From the NCBI GenBank assembly GCA_947631625.1, contig CANRMA010000005.1, forward strand, positions 28,108 through 92,107: a DNA stretch of 64,000 nucleotides, in the 5' to 3' direction. The stretch is from an uncultured Lachnospiraceae bacterium. GTDB lineage: Bacteria > Bacillota > Clostridia > Lachnospirales > Lachnospiraceae. Numbering within the stretch: the stretch's first letter is position 1; each line of letters opens with the position of its first letter. This document shows positions 1 through 9,482 of this stretch, one piece after another. The notes beneath the pieces were generated by a model, which did no database searches, was not told the DNA's origin, and saw nothing but the letters and a program-made list of their open reading frames with translations. Made by a program: the position numbers and the translations under genes.

Positions 1-221
1 TCCGTAAACAGAGTGCTCATATCTTTGTCTGAAATTATATTTTCCGCCGTTTCAGAAGCTTCACTTTCAATCGCGCTGAAATCCACTACATTGCTTTCTG
101 CATCGGACTGACGGTTATTTCTCACAACCACACCCGTTACCGTAAGCGCTGCCAATATCATCACAGACGAAACCCACATTATTATCCGGTCTTTTCTAAC
201 ACCATTTCTATTTCTTCTCAT
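1..221 (-). CDS. N-terminal fragment of a membrane-anchored protein, probably a SpoIIQ-like M23 peptidase (runs off the window edge)
   Basis: Not in the ORF track. ATG at 221 with GGAGG at 234-238; translates MRRNRNGVRKDRIIMWVSSVMILAALTVTGVVVRNNRQSDAESNVVDF (basic N-terminus plus one TM). Lies directly downstream of spoIID behind a sigma-F-like promoter. The M23 domain itself is outside the window, so identity is inferred. Confidence 0.55.
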   Translation of the reverse strand, partial: MRRNRNGVRKDRIIMWVSSVMILAALTVTGVVVRNNRQSDAESNVVDFSAIESEASETAENIISDKDMSTLFT

Positions 222-268
222 AATCTAACTTTGCCTCCTACTGAGAAATCATTTTAGTTTTCTGGTGT

Positions 269-297
269 TAGTCTTTCCCGAATATGTCACATTATTC
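269..297 (-). promoter_or_regulatory. Putative sigma-F (forespore) promoter
   Basis: Minus strand GAATA-N14-GGAAAGACTA; the -10 fits GGnnAnAHTR exactly, spacer one base shorter than usual. Confidence 0.5.
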
Positions 298-1299
298 AAT
301 TTTTGCTAATTCTGTATTAAAAAAGTAATATTTAAGTATCTGATCAAATGTCTCTCCCGACACTGCCCTTTCATTCGCGCCATATTGGCTCATTCCAAAA
401 CCATGCCCCACACCTTTTACATTAAAGATCACTTCATCGCTTTTCCACTCCGCCTCAAAACATGACGAATTTAAGCCAAAAGCATTTCGGAAAAGTTCTC
501 CGTCACAGACGTATGAGCCTATATTGGCTCTAAGTACGTAACCTGCGCTGTCACAGGTAAACTCTGTGTTATCCCATGCGCTGTTATAAACGTCCTTTGC
601 ATTAACATCCGTAAATATTTTTTCTGCCGTTTTGCAATATTCTTCTTTAGGTACACTTACACTGCTCTGATATTCCCGCGCCGAAATATCCTGACTGCAT
701 TCCGCCCCCGCCAGGTACGGATAACTGTCATTGTCCCACACTTCCTTGGCATTCCTTGTATGACCGCTGCTTACAGGAAAATATGCCGCCTTTATAGGAT
801 AATTTTCATATGCAAGATATATTCCGTCCGTATCGCTTACCGCCTCTTTAACAGTCTCGCTTTTATGCGTGTCTGCGGCATACATGCTGATATCATCCTG
901 TATGGAAGCGCTGCCGCCATCATTTAATATTATCTCCCACAACTTAGTCCTTAAAAGCACCGCCTGCGCTTTAAGCGCTTCCTGCTCATATTTAAGGCCG
1001 CTCTCTTCATCATTTTCCATTACTGTCTCTAACTTCTCTATCAGATAATCCCTCATTGATATTTTTCGATTTCCGTGATTTCCTACAAGAGTCAGCTCAT
1101 ATTTTTCATCGATCCATTCACTTTCCTCGCCGGTCTGCCCTGCCATGCTCTTAACCTCTTCCCCTACATGTCCCCACAGGCAGGAGACCACATAAGGCAA
1201 TAAAAAAACAAACAAAAGCACGGTTCCCGCATCCCTCAACGGACTGCTGTTACCACTGCCTTTGTCTGTTCTTTTTTGGACGATTTTGAATAAGTTCAT
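292..1299 (-). CDS. spoIID: SpoIID/LytB-domain stage II sporulation protein (divergent)
   Basis: EALKAQAV, PYL, GVGHGFGMSQYGA and ILKYYF motifs; N-terminal TM; sigma-E-like promoter. Confidence 0.8.
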   Translation of the reverse strand: MNLFKIVQKRTDKGSGNSSPLRDAGTVLLFVFLLPYVVSCLWGHVGEEVKSMAGQTGEESEWIDEKYELTLVGNHGNRKISMRDYLIEKLETVMENDEESGLKYEQEALKAQAVLLRTKLWEIILNDGGSASIQDDISMYAADTHKSETVKEAVSDTDGIYLAYENYPIKAAYFPVSSGHTRNAKEVWDNDSYPYLAGAECSQDISAREYQSSVSVPKEEYCKTAEKIFTDVNAKDVYNSAWDNTEFTCDSAGYVLRANIGSYVCDGELFRNAFGLNSSCFEAEWKSDEVIFNVKGVGHGFGMSQYGANERAVSGETFDQILKYYFFNTELAKIE

Positions 1300-1314
1300 A
1301 GGCCACCTCTTTTA

Positions 1315-1343
1315 AATCTATGAAAGAGGCGCCCTTTTAATAC
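1315..1343 (-). promoter_or_regulatory. Putative sigma-E promoter of spoIID
   Basis: Minus strand gtATT-N16-CATAGATT, matching ATa-N16-18-cATAcanT. Confidence 0.55.
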
Positions 1344-1360
1344 TAATCATTTTCACACTG

Positions 1361-2431
1361 CTATTGTGCCAGATCAAGGTGCTGCACTGTTCCGACATTT
1401 CCGTTCTCGTAGAGGAAGACGGCTGTGCTTCTGATAACGCCGTTATTGTGGTTATCCTGCATTGAATTCAGCGAGAACTCAGTGGCGGCATTCTGTAAGC
1501 ATATAGCGCCCACTCCTGCTTCTGCCAACGTATACAGCTTATCCTGTCCGGTTTCATCTTTGCACCATATCTGCAGTTTATCCCAGATATAATCATCTTC
1601 ATCAATCCAACCGTCTTTATCGGTATCATACTGCGCCAGGTCCTTAAAACCATCCCCTGAACTCGTTCCAAACAACTCGCTTCCATCGTTTATGACGCCG
1701 TCCCGGTTCAGATCCAACGCCAGAAAACCGCTGCCTGCCTGCAAAGTTGAGATCTCTTCTTCTTCACCGTCGCAGTCCAGATCAAAATAAAATTTCTGGT
1801 CGGAAAGCCCCGCTATATTGGCGTCAAGATTGATCACAAGCGGATCACAATACCTCGTCTGTTTCAAATTCATTTCAAAATTTTCTTCATAATACTCCTG
1901 AAAGCTTCTGCTCATACCCAGACTCAATCCAAAACTTATCTCTCTTCCGTCAGCCGTTTTTACGACTCCGTTCGTTGCAAAATAAGTCTCTTCCGTCTCG
2001 CTGTGGTAATAACTGTTTGTATAGCCCACAGTCACACTTTCTGATGAAGCTGTTGTCAGACTGCCTCTGCTATCTCTCCAATCATATTCTCTCTTATACT
2101 TATCACCGAAAAGTATGTACATAAGAAAATTCATGCAGGACTGCCTGATGTTTTCTATGGCTTTTTTTTCATCCATACCGGTCTCTATCCTGCCCGTATT
2201 GGACAAGTTTCGGAAGTGAAGCGTGATGTCCTGAAGCGTGGTCTGCGCATTACCACTTTCTTTGGCGCTCTCATCTCCGTCTTCCATCGCCCAAAAGCCT
2301 CCGAGAAATCCTTTCCCGTCTCCAGTCTTAAGGCTTTTGCTGCTGCCTCTGTAAAAAAGGCCTGATTTTTTCGTTACTGAAGAATAACTTCTGGCGGATT
2401 CCATTCCTATGTTACCGGAATTTATTCGCAA
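1361..2431 (-). CDS. Conserved hypothetical protein with DPLVINLD motif and EF-hand-like DxDxDG repeats
   Basis: 356 aa, TTG start after AGGAGG; motifs FDLDCDG, DLNRDGVINDGSELFG, YDTDKDGWIDEDD. Confidence 0.75.
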   Translation of the reverse strand: MRINSGNIGMESARSYSSVTKKSGLFYRGSSKSLKTGDGKGFLGGFWAMEDGDESAKESGNAQTTLQDITLHFRNLSNTGRIETGMDEKKAIENIRQSCMNFLMYILFGDKYKREYDWRDSRGSLTTASSESVTVGYTNSYYHSETEETYFATNGVVKTADGREISFGLSLGMSRSFQEYYEENFEMNLKQTRYCDPLVINLDANIAGLSDQKFYFDLDCDGEEEEISTLQAGSGFLALDLNRDGVINDGSELFGTSSGDGFKDLAQYDTDKDGWIDEDDYIWDKLQIWCKDETGQDKLYTLAEAGVGAICLQNAATEFSLNSMQDNHNNGVIRSTAVFLYENGNVGTVQHLDLAQ

Positions 2432-2448
2432 ATATACCTCCTTTTTGC

Positions 2449-2613
2449 TTCGGCATAATTTTGCGCCGAAAAGTAAAATACAATAATTTTACGATTTCGG
2501 ACAAAATTAAAGGACGGTATTTTTATGGAAATTCCTTTTTCCGTAAAAACACCATCCGTGGCTGAGCATAATAAAATTCAAAGGGCGGCTGTCCGGCCGG
2601 GTGCAGCCGTCCC
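2449..2613 (-). promoter_or_regulatory. Structured 5' leader with three hairpins
   Basis: Inverted repeats at 2583-2613, 2512-2557 (19 of 20 pairs, loop AAGGAA) and 2449-2470 next to the SD. Confidence 0.55.
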
Positions 2614-2624
2614 CTGTATTTTAT

Positions 2625-2651
2625 ATATCGGATGTTTTAATTTTTTCTTTA
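2625..2651 (-). promoter_or_regulatory. Sigma-28 (FliA/SigD) promoter
   Basis: TAAA-N15-TCCGATAT versus consensus TAAA-N15-GCCGATAT. Confidence 0.65.
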
Positions 2652-2669
2652 ATGATATATGGAAATGTT

Positions 2670-4964
2670 TTACACTCTGTTATAGTTAATGAGACAGCCC
2701 TTTAATATGATACTGCGTTCTTCGTCGGTCAGCTCTCCCAGCTTTAATTCAAAGGGTTTAAGAGCGTCCTCTTCCACCGAGACCTTATATGCCGTGATAG
2801 TATCCCATTTCTCCGATACCGCCTTTTTAATATCCGGTATAAAAAGATAATCCAGATTCTTAAACGGAAGCTCACCCTCTTTTATTACAAAAGGAAGCAT
2901 GCCCCAGTTGATAAGGTTGGAGCGGTATCTCTTGGTCGCGTATTCATTGGCAATATTGGCCCAGCCGCCAAGCACTTTCTGACAGCTTGCAGCCTGCTCC
3001 CTTGCGGAACCGTCTCCCGGCTTGACCGCAAATATGGTTGAGCCAAAACCTGTATTTTCATGTGACGCAGCCGCGAAGGTCTTCTTGATCACGCTCATAA
3101 CAGGCTTAACGTCAGGATGCGCTTTACAGGGATGTTCTCCCGCCATTCTGGCTTTTTCCGCCTTCTGTATATCCTTGGCGCGGCCCACATATTCCGGATC
3201 TTTCCTCGACAATGCAAACTCGGCAAGGCCTAAAGGATTGGAGCGGTATGAAGATGTCTCGCCCGACGGTATAAGCTCGTCGGTTGTTGTAACAGGATCA
3301 TGTATCTCGGATACAACGCGCAGAACCAGATTCTCCGGCAGCTCGCCCATTTCAGGCCAGTCTTTGATGTTAGGACCGAACTGAATCTCAACGCTTTCGT
3401 CTGCAACGCCATGAGAATCAAATACTCTGTTCGCATATATATTGGCGTCAAAATGATATTTATATTTCCCGATCTCTCCGTCAAATTCAGTCGCTGGAGT
3501 AAGCACACCCTTATTGGCCGCAGTCGCCGCGATAGAACGAGCATCCATAAGCGCAACCGACGATATCTGACCGCTTTGCAGCTTGGAGCCCTCCCTGTTA
3601 GGGAAGTTTCTGGTAGAATGACGTATACTGAACGCATTGTTGGCGGGAGTATCGCCTGCGCCAAAGCAGGGACCGCAGAACGCAGTCTTGATAACCGCGC
3701 CCGTTTCAAGTATCTGCGCCGCGCAGCCGTTTTTAATAAGTTCCATATATATCGGCATGGAGGCCGGATATACGCTCAGGGTAAAGCCGTCCGAACCTAT
3801 ATTTGAGCCCTTAAGTATGTCCGCCGCGGCACAGATATTTTCAAAACCGCCGCCCGCGCAGCCTGCGATTATACCCTGATCCACCATAAATTTACCGTCT
3901 ACGACCTTATCCTGCAAAGAATAAGGCACCGCATTGTCAAGGCTGACTTTTGCCTTTTCTTCCACATCATGCAGGATATCGGCAAGATTTGCGTTCAACT
4001 CGTCGATAGTGTATGTATTGCTGGGGTGAAACGGCATGGCTATCATAGGTCTTATGGCAGAAAGATCAACTTCTATCATTCCGTCATAATATGCCGCTTC
4101 TTCCGGTTTAAGTTCTTTATAATCTTCGCTTCTTCCGTGAATATCATAAAATTCTTTAATTTTTTCATCAGTTGTCCATATGGATGATAAGCAGGTCGTC
4201 TCTGTCGTCATAACGTCAATTCCTATGCGGAAATCCGCGCTTAAGTTTTTCACGCCCGGACCGACAAATTCCATGACTTTATTTTTGACATATCCGTTTG
4301 CAAAAACAGCGCCTATGATAGCCAACGCAACATCCTGCGGTCCCACGCCCTTTACGGGTTCGCCTTTTAAATAAACGCCTACGACATCAGGCATATTTAT
4401 ATCATAAGTCTGATCAAGCAACTGTTTAACAAGCTCAGGTCCGCCCTCGCCTACGGCCATGGTTCCGAGCGCGCCATATCTGGTGTGTGAATCCGAGCCA
4501 AGTATCATCTTGCCGCCGCCTGCGAGCATCTCGCGCGCATACTGGTGTATTACTGCCTGATGAGGCGGTACATACACGCCGCCGTAACGTTTGGCGCAGG
4601 TCAGGCCGAACATATGGTCGTCCTCATTGATCGTGCCGCCCACCGCGCATAAAGAATTGTGACAGTTGGTTAAAACATACGGTATCGGAAATCTGGTAAG
4701 CCCCGACGCTCTGGCCGTCTGAATTATTCCTACAAATGTGATATCGTGCGAAGTAAGCTTATCAAACTTTATCTTAAGCTTTTCCATATTTCCGGAAGTA
4801 TTATGCTCTTTCAGAACAGAATACGCCATAGTGCCCTGTTTCGCGCTCTGTACGGAAACCTCCCTGCCCGTTTTATTTTTAATCTGTGCTGCGGCATCGG
4901 CACCGTCAGGTATTATTTCGGTACCGTTGATCAAATAGACGCCGCCGTCTGAAAGTTTTATCAT
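2670..4964 (-). CDS. Aconitase-family [4Fe-4S] hydratase (YbhJ-like)
   Basis: 764 aa; SHDIT, GSDSHTR, GCAGG and CGPCFG cluster ligands, [28 protein letters not shown] swivel motifs. Confidence 0.85.
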   Translation of the reverse strand: MIKLSDGGVYLINGTEIIPDGADAAAQIKNKTGREVSVQSAKQGTMAYSVLKEHNTSGNMEKLKIKFDKLTSHDITFVGIIQTARASGLTRFPIPYVLTNCHNSLCAVGGTINEDDHMFGLTCAKRYGGVYVPPHQAVIHQYAREMLAGGGKMILGSDSHTRYGALGTMAVGEGGPELVKQLLDQTYDINMPDVVGVYLKGEPVKGVGPQDVALAIIGAVFANGYVKNKVMEFVGPGVKNLSADFRIGIDVMTTETTCLSSIWTTDEKIKEFYDIHGRSEDYKELKPEEAAYYDGMIEVDLSAIRPMIAMPFHPSNTYTIDELNANLADILHDVEEKAKVSLDNAVPYSLQDKVVDGKFMVDQGIIAGCAGGGFENICAAADILKGSNIGSDGFTLSVYPASMPIYMELIKNGCAAQILETGAVIKTAFCGPCFGAGDTPANNAFSIRHSTRNFPNREGSKLQSGQISSVALMDARSIAATAANKGVLTPATEFDGEIGKYKYHFDANIYANRVFDSHGVADESVEIQFGPNIKDWPEMGELPENLVLRVVSEIHDPVTTTDELIPSGETSSYRSNPLGLAEFALSRKDPEYVGRAKDIQKAEKARMAGEHPCKAHPDVKPVMSVIKKTFAAASHENTGFGSTIFAVKPGDGSAREQAASCQKVLGGWANIANEYATKRYRSNLINWGMLPFVIKEGELPFKNLDYLFIPDIKKAVSEKWDTITAYKVSVEEDALKPFELKLGELTDEERSIILKGCLINYNRV

Positions 4965-5015
4965 ATAAAATTCCTCCTCTTGATGCGGTTATTTAATTTT
5001 GTTTTAAGCTAACTA

Positions 5016-5044
5016 ATTTTATCACAAAATTTTAAGATACTCAA
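5016..5044 (-). promoter_or_regulatory. Putative sigma-A promoter of the hydratase gene
   Basis: TTGAGT-N17-TAAAAT with an extended TGn. Confidence 0.5.
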
Positions 5045-5104
5045 TTATATCATAAAATTAAGTACTATAATCAGGACTGCGGAATCTATTTACTGCGGCC
5101 ATTA

Positions 5105-8100
5105 TCACAGACTAAGATTATCGGCCGTTATACTAAAGGAAGCAATCTTGCTGCCCACATATTTATTTCCGCCGCCGACACCGTTATCCGCCGTATTGAT
5201 TATCACTGTCGCCTTACCCTTGTTTACATTATTTACATAGACGGCCTTATAATCAATTCCTTCTGTAAGAGTGACGGTATCTTTTCCGATCTTATATGTA
5301 ACCTGTGTCCTTATATCTTCTTTTGAGATCGGAAGCCCTGTGTATTCTACCTTTTTAACAGACTTTCCGTTTTTATCGACAAAAGACACCTTAGCTTTGG
5401 ACAAATTATAAGTATTGGGCTGCGATTTGCTTCTTACTTTATATGAGGCGGTTACATAACATCTGTTATTCGTATCCTGCGCCGCCTTATAATTTCCCTT
5501 ACCCACTATTTTAACCCAGACGGTGGTATCTGCATTCTCATCCGTAACCTTGTTATTTTTATCCATAGGCGCTGCGTCAGGATTGCCGGCCGGATCTTCC
5601 AAATAATATTTAACGTCATAATTGGACGCCTTTAACAAAATACCGTCAATGCTTACATATGGCTTTGATTTATAAATTCCGGGCTTCTTAAATACCATGT
5701 CCGCGACTTCAATTTCCAGTCCTTTAGTCACAGGAAAATGCCTGTCGGGATTATTATTCAATATTGCATTGCTTACGGTAAATGTTCCCTTACCCTTACT
5801 GCCTTTATAATTTCCAAGACCCGTTACGGTAAATTTAGCATTGTTTCCTACTTTTTTATTGCCGCTGTAGGATATTTTGTAGTCTTTGCCTTCGCTTAAT
5901 ACAGTATTGCCGTCCTTAATCCGGATATCGTCTATCTTTGTTCCGGCGCTTGTAAAAACATAAGCTTTGCTTTGGTCATATTCTACCGCAAACGTCATCT
6001 TCTTGGGCTTGATCGTGATAGACTTTGTAACGGTTCCCATGCATTTTTCACTTATTCCTGCAACCGTAAATTTTTTACTGCCGGCGCTGACCATATCTTC
6101 CGGATAAGATATGATGTAGTCCACTCCTTCTTTAAGTGAAGCGGCGTCACTGTTTTTGGCCGATACCGTGATATAATCGGAAATATCTTTCGCGCCGCCG
6201 TCATAGGTTATATTTTTGGCTTCACTCTCTATACTTACCACTATCTTATTCTTCTTCTGTTCTTCCTTGGAAATTACTTTAACCTTCAGTTTTCTGCTGC
6301 CTGTATAGTTTCCGTTATCGACAGCCGAAACGGTGATCGTTTTACCGTCGTCCTCCTTTTTCCACTTATAATTTTTATATACTATAGTGTTGCCGCTATT
6401 ATCCTGACCATCATTTATCACAAAATCTTTACCGGTAAGTTTTACGCCGTTGTATGTCAGAAGCGGAGATATTTTGGCGCCTTCCGCTACCGTGACATAA
6501 TCACCGTCCTCCTGATTATGCGCGGTCTCCACCTGAGGGATTTCTTCATCGCCAATATTTTGTTCCGTATTGTCAAGATGTTTTTTATTGATCTTAAATG
6601 TCAGCGTTTTGCTTTTAACCAGATTGCCTTTTCCTGTTATAATGACCTTTGCAGCCTCGGACGCCTTAATATTGTTGGAATACTTAACAGTGTAATCTAT
6701 GCCCTCAACAAGTTTTTCACCGTTATAAGTCGCTTTCACTTCCGGAGTTATCGCATAACCTGTATATATGTATTCTTTGTCCGGCTTTTCAAAATCAATC
6801 TTCAGACCTTCCTTATTTAGCGGCTTCTCCTCATCGGGCGCTTTTTTTACGCTAATTTTGACCAATGTGGTCAATTCGCCGTATGTTATTATCAATTCTT
6901 TTTCGCCCGGCTCTGTCATATCTATCTCGGACGCATTAGTGGTGTACTCATTCTCTTTAAGCGCCCTCTCTTTTCCTTCTTCGTCGAAATAGGTCACTGT
7001 CAGATCGTCCAATGTAAGTTTGTCTCCGCTTGTATATTCCGTCTTTGTTTTGGAAGCGGCGATATATTCTTCAAATACAGGTACCTCATTCTTCTTACTT
7101 ATGACCATACTGACATCCATATTTTGAGGCAGTTTTGTAATTACTTCGTTATCCTGCGTCATCCAGACTTTTCCGCTCTGCGCAGGCAGCGATACGGATA
7201 AAGTCAGATTAGACGGCGTATATATCTCTTCAAGCAGATCGCAGCCCTCCAACATATGCTCCGCCGCGTTCAATCCGGCCGCATCAAAATCACTCAGATC
7301 CAATTTCTTCATATTGCTGCATCCATATAACATATATGATGCATCAGTCATTCCTGACACTTCTATTTGAGCCGACAAAATATATTCCCTGAAATCATAC
7401 CAAGGTGAAAAGCCGTCTTCTATGGAAAAATTCCCTTCTCCTGAAACCGTCAAATTCCCGTCTTTATCAATCTGCCATACAATATCGCCGCTAACGCCTT
7501 CCGCAATATTGTCATTCACTTCTTTTGCATTAACGGTTACGCTGCAGTCCGCGCTTACCTCCCCCGACGACGCCGTGATCACGCAGCTTCCTGCCGAAAG
7601 CGCCGTAACCAGGCCACTGTCCACGCTTGCTACGGAAGCGTCACTGCTCTTCCAAATTATCTCGGTATTTGTAGCATTGTCCGGATAAATCGACGCTTCC
7701 AGATTTGCGCTTTCGCCCTCTTCCAATGTCAGTTCATTCGCATTAAGCTCAATTCTTTCCACAGGCACTTCCTCAGGCGCCTCTTGTTCAATTTCAATAT
7801 CCGCTTCCAGAACGGTTTCTCCGGATGATAAATTCGGACTCTGATGCAGGCAATATAATACTTTTCCGTCACGCAATGCGATCCCGTAAATATAACCCGC
7901 CGACGTATCCGCCGTAAATTCCATACGCTTATCGCTGCCGTCGAAATTCACGCTGTATATGGACGTTGCATCGTTAAAATATAAACGGTCATGATATTCA
8001 AAAAGCCCCGAATACGCGCCCTGCCAGAAACCTGAACTCCCCCAAACATTCCATCTGCCGATATCCAATATTCCATTTCCCGATCCGTTTAAATCGGATA

Positions 8101-9424
8101 AAAAACTTTTGCAGATCCTAGCGCTTTTTGCATCCGTATCATAATATGTAAAATAACAGTCGTTATAATTTTCGCCGGATAAAATGAGCGGCGACTGTAC
8201 ATCCGACCAGAATGCATTGTCATATTTCGTATCGGTCGCTTTATAATCAACTACTTTGCTTCCTGACGTTACCTCCCAGTCGTGATGATTATGTACACTA
8301 TCCGATAATACGGCGTCGCTCACAAACATATAACTATGAACAGCCCTGCCTACCCTATCCCAGACCGGATCATCCCAAGTAACATCCACCTGATAGTACT
8401 TTCCGTCCAACACTATCAGATTCCACGCATGATTCATCTTATCGCTGCTTACCATATAACAGTCAATACCCGCCTGGCCCAACAGATATTTATAAGCCAG
8501 AGCATATCCCTGACATACGGCCACATGATCGACCAACGCTCCATATGCACTATACGAATTTTGCGGAATAGTGCCATTTAAGTAATTGTCATTATCATAT
8601 TCACAGTTGATCGTCAGATAATCATGCAGCAGGATAGCTTTCTGCAGATCGCTCATATCAGCTTTCACTACTGACAACGCGCTTCTTGCGGCACTTTGGA
8701 ATGCAGCATCGTCATAACCGGCATCATATTCAAACAGTATACGTGTAATATATTTCTGATCATCTATTACCGTAGAATAATAGCTATAACGCTTTATAAC
8801 AAAATATAAATCCGGATAATCATTAAAGATACCGCCCACAACACCGGATAAATCCTCTGCTTTAACACGATAATCCAAAATATCGATAGATTCACTGCGT
8901 TTTAACATTTCCTGATGTATGTATTCTTCCACAGTAAGATCGTTGATCTCCTGTACTAAACCGCCCGATTCCATCGATGATGACGGCTCCGCATATTCAT
9001 ATCCGTCATCAGTCGGGGAGTCGCCAAACTGATAAGCGCCCTCAACTTCCGCGCTTTTTGCTTCCTCATTCTTTTCTTCCTCATCGACAGCCGGTTCGTC
9101 CGATACGACGGAATCTTCCGTTATCTCCTCAGCTTTATCTGCTTCCTCATTTTTTTCTTCCGTACTTTTTTCTTCCTCATCGACAGCCGGTTCGTCCGAT
9201 ACGACGGAATCTTCCGTTATCTCCTCAACTTTATCTGCTTCCTCATTCTTTTCTTCCTCATTTTTTTCTTCCTCATCGACAGACGGTTCGTCCGATACGA
9301 CAGTTATCTCCGCTTCCGGATCTCCTTCTTTTGCATAGACGTCACTCATCTGAAACTGCATTGAAGAAACCGTCATTATCGCTGCCAACAAGCCGGCAAC
9401 CAACCGTTTTTTCATATTTTTCAT
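5105..9424 (-). CDS. Secreted multidomain protein: acidic repeats, transglutaminase-like domain, Ig-like domains, C-terminal repeat module
   Basis: Signal peptide MKNMKKRLVAGLLAAIM; catalytic triad motifs VCQGYA, HAWN, DVTWDD; Big_2-like WKSSDASVASVDSGLVTALSAG; repeated L.EG.DY...Y.NN units. Confidence 0.8.
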   Translation of the reverse strand: MKNMKKRLVAGLLAAIMTVSSMQFQMSDVYAKEGDPEAEITVVSDEPSVDEEEKNEEEKNEEADKVEEITEDSVVSDEPAVDEEEKSTEEKNEEADKAEEITEDSVVSDEPAVDEEEKNEEAKSAEVEGAYQFGDSPTDDGYEYAEPSSSMESGGLVQEINDLTVEEYIHQEMLKRSESIDILDYRVKAEDLSGVVGGIFNDYPDLYFVIKRYSYYSTVIDDQKYITRILFEYDAGYDDAAFQSAARSALSVVKADMSDLQKAILLHDYLTINCEYDNDNYLNGTIPQNSYSAYGALVDHVAVCQGYALAYKYLLGQAGIDCYMVSSDKMNHAWNLIVLDGKYYQVDVTWDDPVWDRVGRAVHSYMFVSDAVLSDSVHNHHDWEVTSGSKVVDYKATDTKYDNAFWSDVQSPLILSGENYNDCYFTYYDTDAKSARICKSFLSDLNGSGNGILDIGRWNVWGSSGFWQGAYSGLFEYHDRLYFNDATSIYSVNFDGSDKRMEFTADTSAGYIYGIALRDGKVLYCLHQSPNLSSGETVLEADIEIEQEAPEEVPVERIELNANELTLEEGESANLEASIYPDNATNTEIIWKSSDASVASVDSGLVTALSAGSCVITASSGEVSADCSVTVNAKEVNDNIAEGVSGDIVWQIDKDGNLTVSGEGNFSIEDGFSPWYDFREYILSAQIEVSGMTDASYMLYGCSNMKKLDLSDFDAAGLNAAEHMLEGCDLLEEIYTPSNLTLSVSLPAQSGKVWMTQDNEVITKLPQNMDVSMVISKKNEVPVFEEYIAASKTKTEYTSGDKLTLDDLTVTYFDEEGKERALKENEYTTNASEIDMTEPGEKELIITYGELTTLVKISVKKAPDEEKPLNKEGLKIDFEKPDKEYIYTGYAITPEVKATYNGEKLVEGIDYTVKYSNNIKASEAAKVIITGKGNLVKSKTLTFKINKKHLDNTEQNIGDEEIPQVETAHNQEDGDYVTVAEGAKISPLLTYNGVKLTGKDFVINDGQDNSGNTIVYKNYKWKKEDDGKTITVSAVDNGNYTGSRKLKVKVISKEEQKKNKIVVSIESEAKNITYDGGAKDISDYITVSAKNSDAASLKEGVDYIISYPEDMVSAGSKKFTVAGISEKCMGTVTKSITIKPKKMTFAVEYDQSKAYVFTSAGTKIDDIRIKDGNTVLSEGKDYKISYSGNKKVGNNAKFTVTGLGNYKGSKGKGTFTVSNAILNNNPDRHFPVTKGLEIEVADMVFKKPGIYKSKPYVSIDGILLKASNYDVKYYLEDPAGNPDAAPMDKNNKVTDENADTTVWVKIVGKGNYKAAQDTNNRCYVTASYKVRSKSQPNTYNLSKAKVSFVDKNGKSVKKVEYTGLPISKEDIRTQVTYKIGKDTVTLTEGIDYKAVYVNNVNKGKATVIINTADNGVGGGNKYVGSKIASFSITADNLSL
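9062..9302. repeat. Intragenic 96-bp tandem repeat (about 2.5 copies; 32-aa acidic unit)
   Basis: CCTCATCGACAG.CGGTTCGTCCGATACGAC begins at 9079, 9175 and 9271. Confidence 0.9.
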
Positions 9425-9482
9425 GCTAACCCTTCCTTTCTGTTTCTAAATACGACAATAATTGCAAAGCTCTATCCAACGC

